Source: an uncultured Anaerolineaceae bacterium (lineage in GTDB: Bacteria > Chloroflexota > Anaerolineae > Anaerolineales > DRKV01). Taken from it: a stretch of 62,256 nucleotides of DNA. Below are positions 8,960 to 17,693 of this stretch, piece after piece; position 1 is the first letter of the stretch; each line of letters starts with the position of its first letter. A model generated the notes under the pieces. It had not been told where the DNA came from, did no database searches, and saw only the letters and a list, made by a program, of their open reading frames with translations. Location of the stretch: contig CAZGDA010000002.1 in assembly GCA_964524425.1 (NCBI GenBank), positions 1 to 62,256 on the forward strand. The letters are read 5' to 3'. The position numbers and the translations under genes were made by a program.

Positions 8960-10330
8960 ATGACTGAACAGACTCGTTATTTATTATCAGAAGCGGACAT
9001 GCCGAAAGCCTGGTACAACATCAACGCAGATTTACCCGGAGAACCACCAGCGGTTTTGCATCCCGTCACCCATCAGCCGGTTACACCGGATGATCTCTCT
9101 GTGCTCTTCCCGCTCGATTTAATCATGCAAGAAGTAAGCACGGAACGTTTTATCGAAATCCCGGAACCCATTTTGGAAATCTATCGCCAATACCGTCCCT
9201 CTCCATTACATCGCGCCCGACGGTTGGAAAAAGCTCTCGATACGCCCGCCCACATTTATTACAAGAACGAAAGCGTATCCCCTGCGGGAAGCCATAAATT
9301 GAACACGGCGATTGCGCAGGCGTTTTACAACAAAATTGCTTGAGTATACGAGATTACTACGTTACCCGGCGCAGGACAGTGGGTATCTGCCCTGGCAATT
9401 GCGTGTTCCTATTTTGGAATGGACCTGGAAGTCTACATGGTCCGAGTCTCTTACGATCAAAAACCATACCGGCGTTACATGATGGAGACGTATAACGCTC
9501 ACGTGTACGCCAGTCCATCGAACCGTACGGAATATGGACGCAAAGTCTTGCAAGAGACGCCCGACAGCAGCGGTTCGCTTGGAATTGCCATCTCGGAGGC
9601 TGTCGAAGTGGCTGCCACGTCCAACGGAAAGAAAAAATACAGCCTCGGTTCAGTGTTAGGGCACGTACTAATGCACCAGACCATCATCGGCGAAGAAGCC
9701 ATCATCCAGATGGAAATGGCAGACGAGTACCCGGACGTGGTCATCGGTTGCGTGGGCGGCGGCTCCAATTACGCCGGCATTGCATTCCCCTTCCTGCGCA
9801 AGAACATCAAGGAAGGACAGAAAGCCCGTTTCATCGCCGTAGAGCCGGCAGCTACACCATCTTTGACCAAAGGTCTTTACGCCTACGATTACGGCGACAC
9901 AGCCGGTATGGCGCCCATCGTCAAGATGCACACCCTAGGACACAGTTTCGTCCCTGCTCCCATTCACGCCGGTGGTCTGCGCTATCACGGCATGGCACCC
10001 AATTTATGCCGCACGGTTGATTTAGGGTACATGAAGGCTGTAGCCGTGCCGCAGGTCGCCACGTTTGATGCAGCAGTGCTCTTTGCCCGCAGCGAAGGCA
10101 TTTTGCCCGCCCCAGAGTCAGCCCACGCCATCCGTGTCGCCATTGACGAAGCCTTAGACGCCCAAGTAAAAGGTGAAGACCGTGGCGTACGCTTCAACCG
10201 CAGCGGCCACGGGCACTTTGACCTGTATTCTTACGAACAGTATTTGAGCGGTAAGCTACGCGATTATGAACTGCCGCAGGAAATAATCACCAAGAATTTA
10301 GCCAACTTGCCTAAAGTGGCATACGCCTAA
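8960..10330 (+). pseudogene. trpB: TrpB2-type tryptophan synthase beta chain interrupted by a single in-frame TGA (9341-9343). It is either a pseudogene, a sequencing error, or a read-through gene.
   Basis: ORFs 8960..9343 and 9419..10330 are in the same frame. The 75 nt between them have no stop and encode [28 protein letters not shown]-lysine motif 'SPAGSHKLNTA' and 'SGHGHFDL' are present. The joined length of 456 aa equals the TrpB2 length. Confidence 0.8.
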
Positions 10331-10341
10331 TTTCTCCGTAT

Positions 10342-10374
10342 GGCTGGCGGTGCGGCGCACCGCCAGCCTTTTCT
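10342..10374 (+). terminator. Rho-independent terminator after trpB2
   Basis: GGCTGGCGGTGC-GGC-GCACCGCCAGCC perfect GC-rich hairpin followed by TTTTCT. Confidence 0.75.
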
Positions 10375-10581
10375 CGCTCCATATAGGCTACCGCTAATCC
10401 TGGCGTGCTCAACTGGCATACCCTTCGTGATGCCTCATCCACTCCCCCGTCGTTTAGAAATAAAATCACACCGCAAGACCCAAAGCAAACAAAGCTATTC
10501 CTTTGTACCCTGCCCATGCTTCATAGTTAATTTATGTATGAATCCCGAAAACCATTTTGACGAATGATGTGCACCCATCTT

Positions 10582-11316
10582 TCATTCCCTGCCTTGGAAC
10601 GCCCAGGTCAGCCATTGTACTTCTGCCCACCCGTCTTGCAGCGCCAGGGCAGCGCAATACGTCCTTGGCAACTCCACCAGGCTGGCAGCCTGCCAACCGG
10701 ACGCGACGCAGGATTGCCCGTCTATGTGCAGCAATCTCACCTTACCATCCCCCTCCACCTCCACTTCAACGCGTCGTGCCTCCATTCCCAATCCCTCTCC
10801 AATCCCCTTTAAAACGGCTTCTTTACAGCACCACGCCTGGAAAAAGGCTTGCAGCCGTTCATGTGCAGCCAACCGATACACTGCCTCCCTTTCCGCAACC
10901 GTGAAGTGCTGGCGCAGGATGCCATCCATTTCAGGCACGGCGTGGATTTCCTCAATATCTACCCCAACACCCTTATCACGCCGGACGGCGACGAGAGACA
11001 AACCGGCGCTGTGCGACACGCTGAATTGAACCGCCGTAGATTGATAAACCTCATCTAAAAAGGGTTTTCCCCGCGGCGAGTAGCGAAAACAAATTGCAGC
11101 CGGAGTCACGGCAGGATAATCTTGGCACAGGACGGTAGCCAAAATCTGGCGTAGCGCGCCGCGCGTAACGATGAAAGCCCGGGTATCTTTAGGAAAGCGA
11201 TACCTGTCTGCGCGCTCTTTTTCGTCCACAGACAGACTGCGGCGCAGCGCAGCGACGACGTGATCAGCCTGGTCGTGCGCGACCATCCAGATTTCAACCG
11301 GCGCTGTTTCGTCCAT
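10582..11316 (-). CDS. 4'-phosphopantetheinyl transferase (Sfp-type)
   Basis: 'GVGVDIEEI' (GxDxE) and 'FFQAWCCKEAVLKGIGEGL' (W/FxxKEA) motifs. 244 aa. Confidence 0.8.
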   Translation of the reverse strand: MDETAPVEIWMVAHDQADHVVAALRRSLSVDEKERADRYRFPKDTRAFIVTRGALRQILATVLCQDYPAVTPAAICFRYSPRGKPFLDEVYQSTAVQFSVSHSAGLSLVAVRRDKGVGVDIEEIHAVPEMDGILRQHFTVAEREAVYRLAAHERLQAFFQAWCCKEAVLKGIGEGLGMEARRVEVEVEGDGKVRLLHIDGQSCVASGWQAASLVELPRTYCAALALQDGWAEVQWLTWAFQGRE

Positions 11317-11334
11317 AGAATGGTTCGTGAAACG

Positions 11335-12435
11335 TTACGGCAGTAAAAAGAAAGCCACCCCTAAAATAACATACACCGCCAGCAATTCTGCTCCTTCCAG
11401 CCAGTTGGATTCGCCATCCGCAGAGACCAGGGCAGTGATTAATATACCAGCGATCAGGGCTAGCAGCTCAAATTGGTTGAAGATGAGTTGCAAAGGATGC
11501 CCCAAAAACAGGGAGAGAAACACCAGAACAGGAGCCACGAACAGGGCAATTTGCAAGCTGGAGGAAATGGCAATCTCCACACTCAATTCAATCTGGTTGC
11601 GCATCGCTACGGTAACCGCCACCAGATGCTCGGCGACGTTGCCGATGATAGGGATGAGAATGATGCCGAGGAAAAATTCGGAGACGCCCAAGCTGGCAAC
11701 CACCGGCTCTACCGCGCCGACCAGCATTTCACTGAGCACGACCACCCCCAGGGTGGAGAGTGCGAGCACGCCCACCGATTTACGCACCGTCCAGTGCGCG
11801 GCTGCCCCTACGGCTTCGCTGGGCTTGTGGCTGATGGGAGAGGCTTTATTCATCTGGAAGCTGAACAGCAGGGCAAGGGCATAGAGCAAAATCATCACAC
11901 CCGCCACCGCCAGGCTGAAGGCTTCCACGCGCACGCTGGTTTCAGCCCCCATAAAGTGGCTGAGCACCGACGGGATGAGCAAGGCTAACACCGCCAGAAT
12001 GAGCAGAATGGCATTCCGGCTGGCAGTGCGCTGGTGAAAGGTTTGTATCCCGTTGCGAATGCCACCCAGCAAAAACGCCATGCCCATCACCAGTAACAGA
12101 TTGCCCAAGATCGAACCGGTGATGGAAGCCTTGACCAGTTCCAGCAGCCCCTCGCGAATGGCGATGATGGTGATGATGAGTTCGGCGGCGTTGCCGAGGG
12201 TGGCGTTCAGCAGCCCGCCGATGCGCGCTCCTGTGTGCACCGCCAGCGCTTCCGTGGCTTCTCCCAGGTAACCTGCCAGGGGAATTAAACCAACCGCGGA
12301 GAGGGTAAACACCCACAATTCACCCCAATGGCTGGCTTCCGCCAGCACTGCCAAAGGCAGAACCAGCAGAAGCAGGGAGATTGGTTTTCGGCGAATATAC
12401 TTAATCAATTTCATCGTCGTGTAATTGTAATCCAT
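11335..12435 (-). CDS. Ca2+/H+ antiporter (CAX/ChaA family)
   Basis: Two alpha-repeat signatures, 'GNAAELIITIIAI' and 'GNVAEHLVAV'. About 11 TM segments. 366 aa. Confidence 0.85.
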   Translation of the reverse strand: MDYNYTTMKLIKYIRRKPISLLLLVLPLAVLAEASHWGELWVFTLSAVGLIPLAGYLGEATEALAVHTGARIGGLLNATLGNAAELIITIIAIREGLLELVKASITGSILGNLLLVMGMAFLLGGIRNGIQTFHQRTASRNAILLILAVLALLIPSVLSHFMGAETSVRVEAFSLAVAGVMILLYALALLFSFQMNKASPISHKPSEAVGAAAHWTVRKSVGVLALSTLGVVVLSEMLVGAVEPVVASLGVSEFFLGIILIPIIGNVAEHLVAVTVAMRNQIELSVEIAISSSLQIALFVAPVLVFLSLFLGHPLQLIFNQFELLALIAGILITALVSADGESNWLEGAELLAVYVILGVAFFLLP

Positions 12436-12481
12436 TCGCCCGAAATTGGGTAGCCGTGAAATGTGTTATAATATCAAAAGA

Positions 12482-13525
12482 ATGACGTCTCCTGTTTTAC
12501 TCAACAACCGTTACCGCTTGGAAGGACGCCTGGGGTCAGGCGGAATGGCGGTGGTTTACCGCGCCCACGACCTGATGCTTGAACGCACGGTGGCGGTTAA
12601 GGTTTTACGCAAAGACTTTTCTACCAATTTCGCCTTTCGCGATCGCTTCCACCAGGAAGCCAAAGCAGCAGCCAACCTGTCTCATCCCAACATCGTCATG
12701 GTACACGACTATGGCTTGGCAAGCGGGTATCCGTTCATCGTCATGGAATACGTCCCGGGGACGGATTTAAAACAAATCCTGCAACACCGCGGCAATTTCA
12801 GCGTGCGTGAGACTCTGGACTTGATGATTCAAGCGTGCGCCGGTCTCGGCTACGCCCATCGCGCCGGCTTGGTGCATTGTGATATCAAACCGCATAACAT
12901 GCTCATCACACCCGACCAGCGCCTGAAAATCACCGATTTTGGTATCGCCCGCGCCCTGGCTTCCATCCGCCCAGACGAGCGCGCCGAATTCGTCTGGGGT
13001 TCTCCGCTCTACTTCTCCCCCGAGCAAGCCGCCGGTGGCGCGCCGTTGCCCGCCTCAGACGTATACTCCCTCGGTGTGGTGATGTACGAGATGTTGACCG
13101 GCAGGCTGCCTTTCCAGGGTGATTCGGCGACCGTCCTTTCACACTTACACCAGGTTTCGGCTGTGCCTTCCCCGCGCAGCCTGAACAGCGACATCCCTCC
13201 TGTGCTGGAAGAGGTCATGCTGAAGGTGCTTGCTAAAGAACCGGTGGCGCGCTACCGCACCGCCGATCAACTCGGGCACATTCTCGTACCCATCCGCCGC
13301 TCATTGAGCCTGCCCGCGCCAGGCGGAATTTCTGTACCACCCGTCCTCGACGAAGAAGCCGCCGCAACTGTCCAGAGACGTGTCCCAACTCCTGCCTCCG
13401 TTGAGGATCAGGAAATTGAAGAGCAAGAGAATGTCCTGGATCTGGCAACCGTGTTGTTAGGATTGCTGGCTCTCATCGCGGTTGGCGGGCTGGTTCCATT
13501 TTGGATGTGGGTTTATTTTCGTTGA
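12482..13525 (+). CDS. Hanks-type Ser/Thr protein kinase with a single C-terminal TM anchor
   Basis: 'LGSGGMAVVYRAHD', 'VAVKVL', 'HRAGLVHCDIKPHNMLI', 'DFGIARA' and 'SPEQA'. C-terminal 'VLLGLLALIAVGGLVPFWMWVYF'. ATG 12482 is preferred over the non-ATG start at 12446 in the ORF track. Confidence 0.85.
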   Translation: MTSPVLLNNRYRLEGRLGSGGMAVVYRAHDLMLERTVAVKVLRKDFSTNFAFRDRFHQEAKAAANLSHPNIVMVHDYGLASGYPFIVMEYVPGTDLKQILQHRGNFSVRETLDLMIQACAGLGYAHRAGLVHCDIKPHNMLITPDQRLKITDFGIARALASIRPDERAEFVWGSPLYFSPEQAAGGAPLPASDVYSLGVVMYEMLTGRLPFQGDSATVLSHLHQVSAVPSPRSLNSDIPPVLEEVMLKVLAKEPVARYRTADQLGHILVPIRRSLSLPAPGGISVPPVLDEEAAATVQRRVPTPASVEDQEIEEQENVLDLATVLLGLLALIAVGGLVPFWMWVYFR

Positions 13526-13561
13526 AAACTATAATTTCTTGATAAAGGTTGATTCCGTTTT

Positions 13562-14242
13562 ATGAATAATCGTTACATCATTTCTTCTTCCATATTGTCC
13601 GCCGATTTTGCACGCCTGGGAGAACAAATATCCGCCGTGCAGGCGGCTGGCGTGGACTGGGTTCACGTGGACGTGATAGATGGGCATTTTGCGCCAAACA
13701 TTACTATGGGACCGTTTATTGTGGAAGCGTGCCGCAGAATCACTTCCATGCCACTGGACGTGCATTTGATGATAGAAAAGCCGGAGCGCTATCTCAAGGC
13801 TTTTGCAGACGCCGGCGCAACGTATTTAACCGTGCACGTCGAAACCTGCCCGCACCTTTACCGCACCTTGGAAGAGATTCGCCAGTTAGGCTGTAAAGCT
13901 GGCGTTACGCTAAATCCAGGCACACCAGCCGCCGCCATACGCGCAGTTTTACACCTCGTGGACATGGTCTTGGTGATGACGGTCAACCCCGGTTTTTCCG
14001 GACAGAAATTTATTTCTCAACAAGTAGCTAAGATCGCTGAGATTCGGAGCATGTTGGATGAAGTCAATCCACAAGCGATAATTGAGGTGGATGGGGGAAT
14101 TACAACAGAGACATTGCCATTAGCGTTAAACGCTGGTGCCCAGGTATTTGTGGTCGCTACGGCAATTTTTAAACACCCAAACGGCATACCGGCTGCAGTA
14201 CAGGCGCTGCGTGCCAGTATGCGTTCAGGACGGGAGGGGTAA
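13562..14242 (+). CDS. rpe: Ribulose-phosphate 3-epimerase
   Basis: 'SILSADFARLGEQI...GVDWVHVDVIDGHFAPNITMGP...DVHLMI...VMTVNPGFSGQKF...EVDGGI' matches Rpe. Confidence 0.92.
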   Translation: MNNRYIISSSILSADFARLGEQISAVQAAGVDWVHVDVIDGHFAPNITMGPFIVEACRRITSMPLDVHLMIEKPERYLKAFADAGATYLTVHVETCPHLYRTLEEIRQLGCKAGVTLNPGTPAAAIRAVLHLVDMVLVMTVNPGFSGQKFISQQVAKIAEIRSMLDEVNPQAIIEVDGGITTETLPLALNAGAQVFVVATAIFKHPNGIPAAVQALRASMRSGREG

Positions 14243-14256
14243 TAAATACAAAAACA

Positions 14257-14445
14257 CTAACTTTCGGAGACTTTCGTAAGAGTACGGATGCAGCGTGTGC
14301 ACAAAGTCTTGCGTACTTTCCTGCCGCTAACGAAAACGGTAACTTTCTGCAGGTTGGCTTTGAAATCTCTAAGGGTTGCCTTTTTCGACCAGGGACGGTT
14401 ACGTCCAAACGTGGTGTGTTTTCCGCAATTTTCACATTTTGCCAT
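14257..14445 (-). CDS. rpmB: 50S ribosomal protein L28 (Cys-containing zinc-ribbon form)
   Basis: 'MAKCENCGKHTTFGRNRPWSKKATLRDFKANLQKVTVFVSGRKVRKTLCTRCIRTLTK', 62 aa. Confidence 0.9.
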   Translation of the reverse strand: MAKCENCGKHTTFGRNRPWSKKATLRDFKANLQKVTVFVSGRKVRKTLCTRCIRTLTKVSES

Positions 14446-14559
14446 GATATTGTATCCTTCCTAAAAGAATCTTTGATAAGATAATTACACGAAGGTTAAG
14501 TTTACCACAAACCGCAACGAATTTCAAGGATAGTTGTTAATACCTTTATAGAGGAAAAT

Positions 14560-14916
14560 ATGACAGAAGATGAAAATCCCCTAGGAAGTGTTTTAGTTTC
14601 ACAACGGGCAATTGCGACGATTGCCTGGCACGCAGCGTTGGAATCCTACGGCGTGGTGGGGTTGGCGCCCAAAAATTTTGCCGATGGTCTTGCGAACATC
14701 CTCGTCAAAGACCCCACAATGGGTGTGGACGTTCATTACGACGGAAAGAAAATTGATATAGATTTGCATATTATCATTGAATACGGAACGCGCATTAAAT
14801 CTGTGGCTGGAAGCGTGGCGAGCACCGTGCGTTTCCAGGTAGAAAAGGCGCTCGGTTTACCTGTGCACGCCGTGAACGTCCACGTGCGCGGATTACGCGT
14901 AAGTGATCCGGATTGA
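14560..14916 (+). CDS. Asp23/Gls24 family envelope stress protein
   Basis: 118 aa. 'VSQRAIATIAWHAALESYGVVGL...VDVH...IDIDLHIIIEYGTRI..VA..V...V' fits the family pattern. The position upstream of yloV/fakA matches the yloU-yloV arrangement of Firmicutes. Confidence 0.85.
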   Translation: MTEDENPLGSVLVSQRAIATIAWHAALESYGVVGLAPKNFADGLANILVKDPTMGVDVHYDGKKIDIDLHIIIEYGTRIKSVAGSVASTVRFQVEKALGLPVHAVNVHVRGLRVSDPD

Positions 14917-14965
14917 TCTTGCATGAGCAAAAAAGGAACAGGCGCAAGATCTTTCCTTTTTTATT
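14915..14965 (+). terminator. Putative terminator after the asp23-like gene
   Basis: GATCTTGC (14915-14922) pairs with GCAAGATC (14944-14951), followed by TTTCCTTTTTTATT. An alternative A/U-rich stem runs 14929-14962. Confidence 0.45.
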
Positions 14966-15020
14966 CGCGATTTGATTTTATTGATTAAGTGATCCTTTTT
15001 ATTGAAAAGTAATTATTCTT

Positions 15021-16682
15021 ATGGCAATTAATGTAATAGATGGACAAGAATTAAAACTCCTCATAGAAGCGGCATTGAATTGGCTGCGCACAAACCAGCA
15101 AACGGTGAACTCGTATAACGTCTTTCCTGTTCCAGATGGTGACACGGGTACGAATATGGTGCTTACCTTGCAATCGGCTTACGATGAAGTGAAAAACTCA
15201 GCCGAGAAGAACGCCGGCAGAATGGCACAGGCGGTCGCACATGGCGCGCTGATGGGTGCGCGCGGTAATTCTGGTGTCATCCTTTCGCAAATATTGCGCG
15301 GTTTTGCGCGCGCCCTGGACGATACAGAAACGTTGGATGCACACAGGCTGGTACGCGCCCTGGCTATGGCGCGCGATACCGCCTATAAAGGCGTCGTTCG
15401 TCCCGTGGAAGGCACCATTCTCACAGTTACCAAAGATATTGCCTTGGCGGCAGAAGCGGCGTATAAGGAAAACGGAGCGGACTATTCAGCCAACATGGGT
15501 AAACTTTTAGAGCGCGTGGTTGAGGCAGCGGACGCTTCCGTACAACATACACCTGAATTGTTGCCGGTCCTGAAACAAGCCGGCGTGGTAGATTCCGGCG
15601 GAAAAGGCTTGTTCTTTATTTTGGAAGGCATGTTGCGTCATACGAAAGGGCTTGCGCTGGACGCTACTGCCGTTGTACAGCCTCTGACCGCTATGCAAAT
15701 GGACGAGCATTTAATGGATATGGTCGAAGACGGTCAAGATTATGAAGTAGTTTTGGATTTCCGTCCCAATGCGCCCCTGGAATTGGAGCCATTTTATGCA
15801 CACCTGGAGCAAATTGGCACCTCCATTCAGCTTGGCGAAGGGGACGGTATATATCGCCTGCACATCCACGTGCCGGAGGAGAAACGTTACGTTCCTATTG
15901 ACTACGCCATGTCTCTGGGGAACGTTACCAAGATAACAATTGAAAATTTACAGGCGCAGATGAGCGAAATCAAGGGCGAAAACGATCGTTCCAGCTTTAG
16001 CAAATTGACCACCATGATCGAACCAGGGCAAACCGCGGTTGTGGCAGTCGCCCCTGGGGCAGGCATTGGACGTGTCTTTGCCAGTCTGGGTGTGAACGCC
16101 GTCGTGGAAGGCGGGCAAACCATGAACCCCAGCACCCAGGAAATCCTGGGCGCAATTGACAGCCTGCCGACGGATAAAGTCATTATCCTGCCAAACAATA
16201 AAAATGTCATCTTAGCCGCCCAAACGGCTGCCGGGCTTACCGTGAAGAACGTCGCTGTGATCCCTTCGCGCTCGGTGCCGCAGGGCTTGACGGCTATGCT
16301 GCATTGGAACCCAGACGAAGACTTTGACAATCTTAAAAATCAAATGACCGACGCCCTGGCGGAAGTACAAACCGGTGAGATAACCTCCGCCACGCGCAGT
16401 GTGGAAATCAACGGCTTAAACGTCGAAGAAGGGCAGCTCATAGGGTTACATAATGGGGAACTGGTCGTCTCTTCGCTGGATTTGCAAGACGCCTGTCTGA
16501 AATTGCTGGAAGCCATGCAAGTGCAGCAATATGAATTAATTACGTTATTTTATGGCGCAAACGTCAGCAAACAGCAGGCATATCAGGTGGCGGATGCCAT
16601 CCGGGCTGCTTTTCCCCAGCAAGATGTCGAAGTTCAAGACGGCGGGCAGCCACATTACCAATTTATTATCGGAGTGGAATAG
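15021..16682 (+). CDS. fakA: DAK2-domain fusion protein YloV = fatty acid kinase catalytic subunit FakA
   Basis: 'NVFPVPDGDTGTNM' and 'GARGNSGVILSQ' are DhaL/Dak2 motifs. 553 aa. Followed by a DegV gene. Confidence 0.85.
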   Translation: MAINVIDGQELKLLIEAALNWLRTNQQTVNSYNVFPVPDGDTGTNMVLTLQSAYDEVKNSAEKNAGRMAQAVAHGALMGARGNSGVILSQILRGFARALDDTETLDAHRLVRALAMARDTAYKGVVRPVEGTILTVTKDIALAAEAAYKENGADYSANMGKLLERVVEAADASVQHTPELLPVLKQAGVVDSGGKGLFFILEGMLRHTKGLALDATAVVQPLTAMQMDEHLMDMVEDGQDYEVVLDFRPNAPLELEPFYAHLEQIGTSIQLGEGDGIYRLHIHVPEEKRYVPIDYAMSLGNVTKITIENLQAQMSEIKGENDRSSFSKLTTMIEPGQTAVVAVAPGAGIGRVFASLGVNAVVEGGQTMNPSTQEILGAIDSLPTDKVIILPNNKNVILAAQTAAGLTVKNVAVIPSRSVPQGLTAMLHWNPDEDFDNLKNQMTDALAEVQTGEITSATRSVEINGLNVEEGQLIGLHNGELVVSSLDLQDACLKLLEAMQVQQYELITLFYGANVSKQQAYQVADAIRAAFPQQDVEVQDGGQPHYQFIIGVE

Positions 16683-16760
16683 GATTTAATCCTACCGCGT
16701 AATTCTTCGTCTGGATTACATATTCTTGACGAATTTTTCGCAATACAGGTGATATACGAA

Positions 16761-17693
16761 ATGGATAAAAAACGCATCGCAATTGTAACCGACAGTACTT
16801 CAGATTTGCCTGCCAGCCTGGCAAACGAGAACAACATCTCGATTGTGCCCATCACAGTCGTTGTGGACGGACAATCTATGGACGACGGCGACAGTGAAGG
16901 GTCGAGCACGAAACGCATCGTGCGCGAACAGTTTTACGCCCAAATGCCAGAAATGAAGGTTTTTCCGACCACGGCTGCACCGGCGCCCATAATTTTTCAG
17001 CGCATCTACGAACGCTTGTTTGATCAGGGATACGAGTACATCGTAAGCATCATCCTTTCCAGTGAGTTGAGCGCAACGTATAACAGCGCCCTCATGGCGG
17101 CTGAACCTTTTGGAAAGCGCTTGCACGTGATGGACTCGCGCCAGGTCTCGATGGGCTTGGGCTTTGAGGTGTTGGAGGCGGTAGACCTTTTCACGCAACT
17201 GGAGCAAGAACACCCACAAGCCGACCTCTCGGATTTGATCCCTGCCAAACTGGCAGAGCTAAAACAGACCTTGAGCCGCTTGCGCGTCGTGGCGCTGCTG
17301 GATACGATGGAATACTTGCGCCGCAGCGGGCGGGTTTCCTGGGCGCAGGCTGCGCTGGGCGGGCTGCTCGACGTCAAACTCATCGTAGGCGTTCAGGATG
17401 GAAAAGTCAACCGCCTGGCACAGGCGCGCAAACGCCGGAATGGAATAGAGCGGGTGCTGGAACAGGTGCACAGCATGGGCAAACTGAAGCGCCTGGGAAT
17501 TATGCACACCGGCGTAGAAGGGGATGAAATCCGTCAGATGTTAGACGAATTTTCCCCGCAACTGGAAACGCGCCCCCAGTCAACCCAACCGGCGCTGCCT
17601 TTGATTGACTGGATCACTCCTGTGGTGGGCGCACACATAGGCACAAACGCCCTGGCGATTGCCGCCCTGGCTTGGGATGAATTCAGCTCCTGA
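16761..17693 (+). CDS. DegV family fatty-acid-binding protein (FakB)
   Basis: 'RIAIVTDSTSDLP' is a typical DegV N-terminus. ATG 16761 is preferred over GTG 16749. Confidence 0.85.
   Translation: MDKKRIAIVTDSTSDLPASLANENNISIVPITVVVDGQSMDDGDSEGSSTKRIVREQFYAQMPEMKVFPTTAAPAPIIFQRIYERLFDQGYEYIVSIILSSELSATYNSALMAAEPFGKRLHVMDSRQVSMGLGFEVLEAVDLFTQLEQEHPQADLSDLIPAKLAELKQTLSRLRVVALLDTMEYLRRSGRVSWAQAALGGLLDVKLIVGVQDGKVNRLAQARKRRNGIERVLEQVHSMGKLKRLGIMHTGVEGDEIRQMLDEFSPQLETRPQSTQPALPLIDWITPVVGAHIGTNALAIAALAWDEFSS

Noticed and set aside
9341-9343. Selenocysteine or an alternative genetic code (UGA = Gly/Trp) as the explanation of the in-frame TGA in trpB2
   Set aside because: Many genes in the window terminate correctly at TGA, for example at 1543-1545, 18807-18809 and 45085-45087. 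The aligned residue in TrpB is Gly, not Cys. I see no SECIS-like hairpin immediately downstream.
10340-10567. 75-aa and related ORFs in the trpB2/PPTase convergent spacer
   Set aside because: They have no Shine-Dalgarno sequence and an odd composition, and they overlap the strong trpB2 terminator hairpin. They are most likely non-coding.
11327-11988. Long antisense ORFs inside real genes. Examples: 11327..11884 and 11473..11988 opposite cax; 2867..3457 opposite dnaN; 40413..41299 opposite the decarboxylase; 50308..51150 opposite the PFL gene; 27721..28467 opposite phnS.
   Set aside because: These are shadow ORFs typical of GC-rich coding DNA. Their composition is Arg/Gly/His/Pro-rich and low-complexity, with no motifs. 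The opposite-strand genes have clear family signatures.
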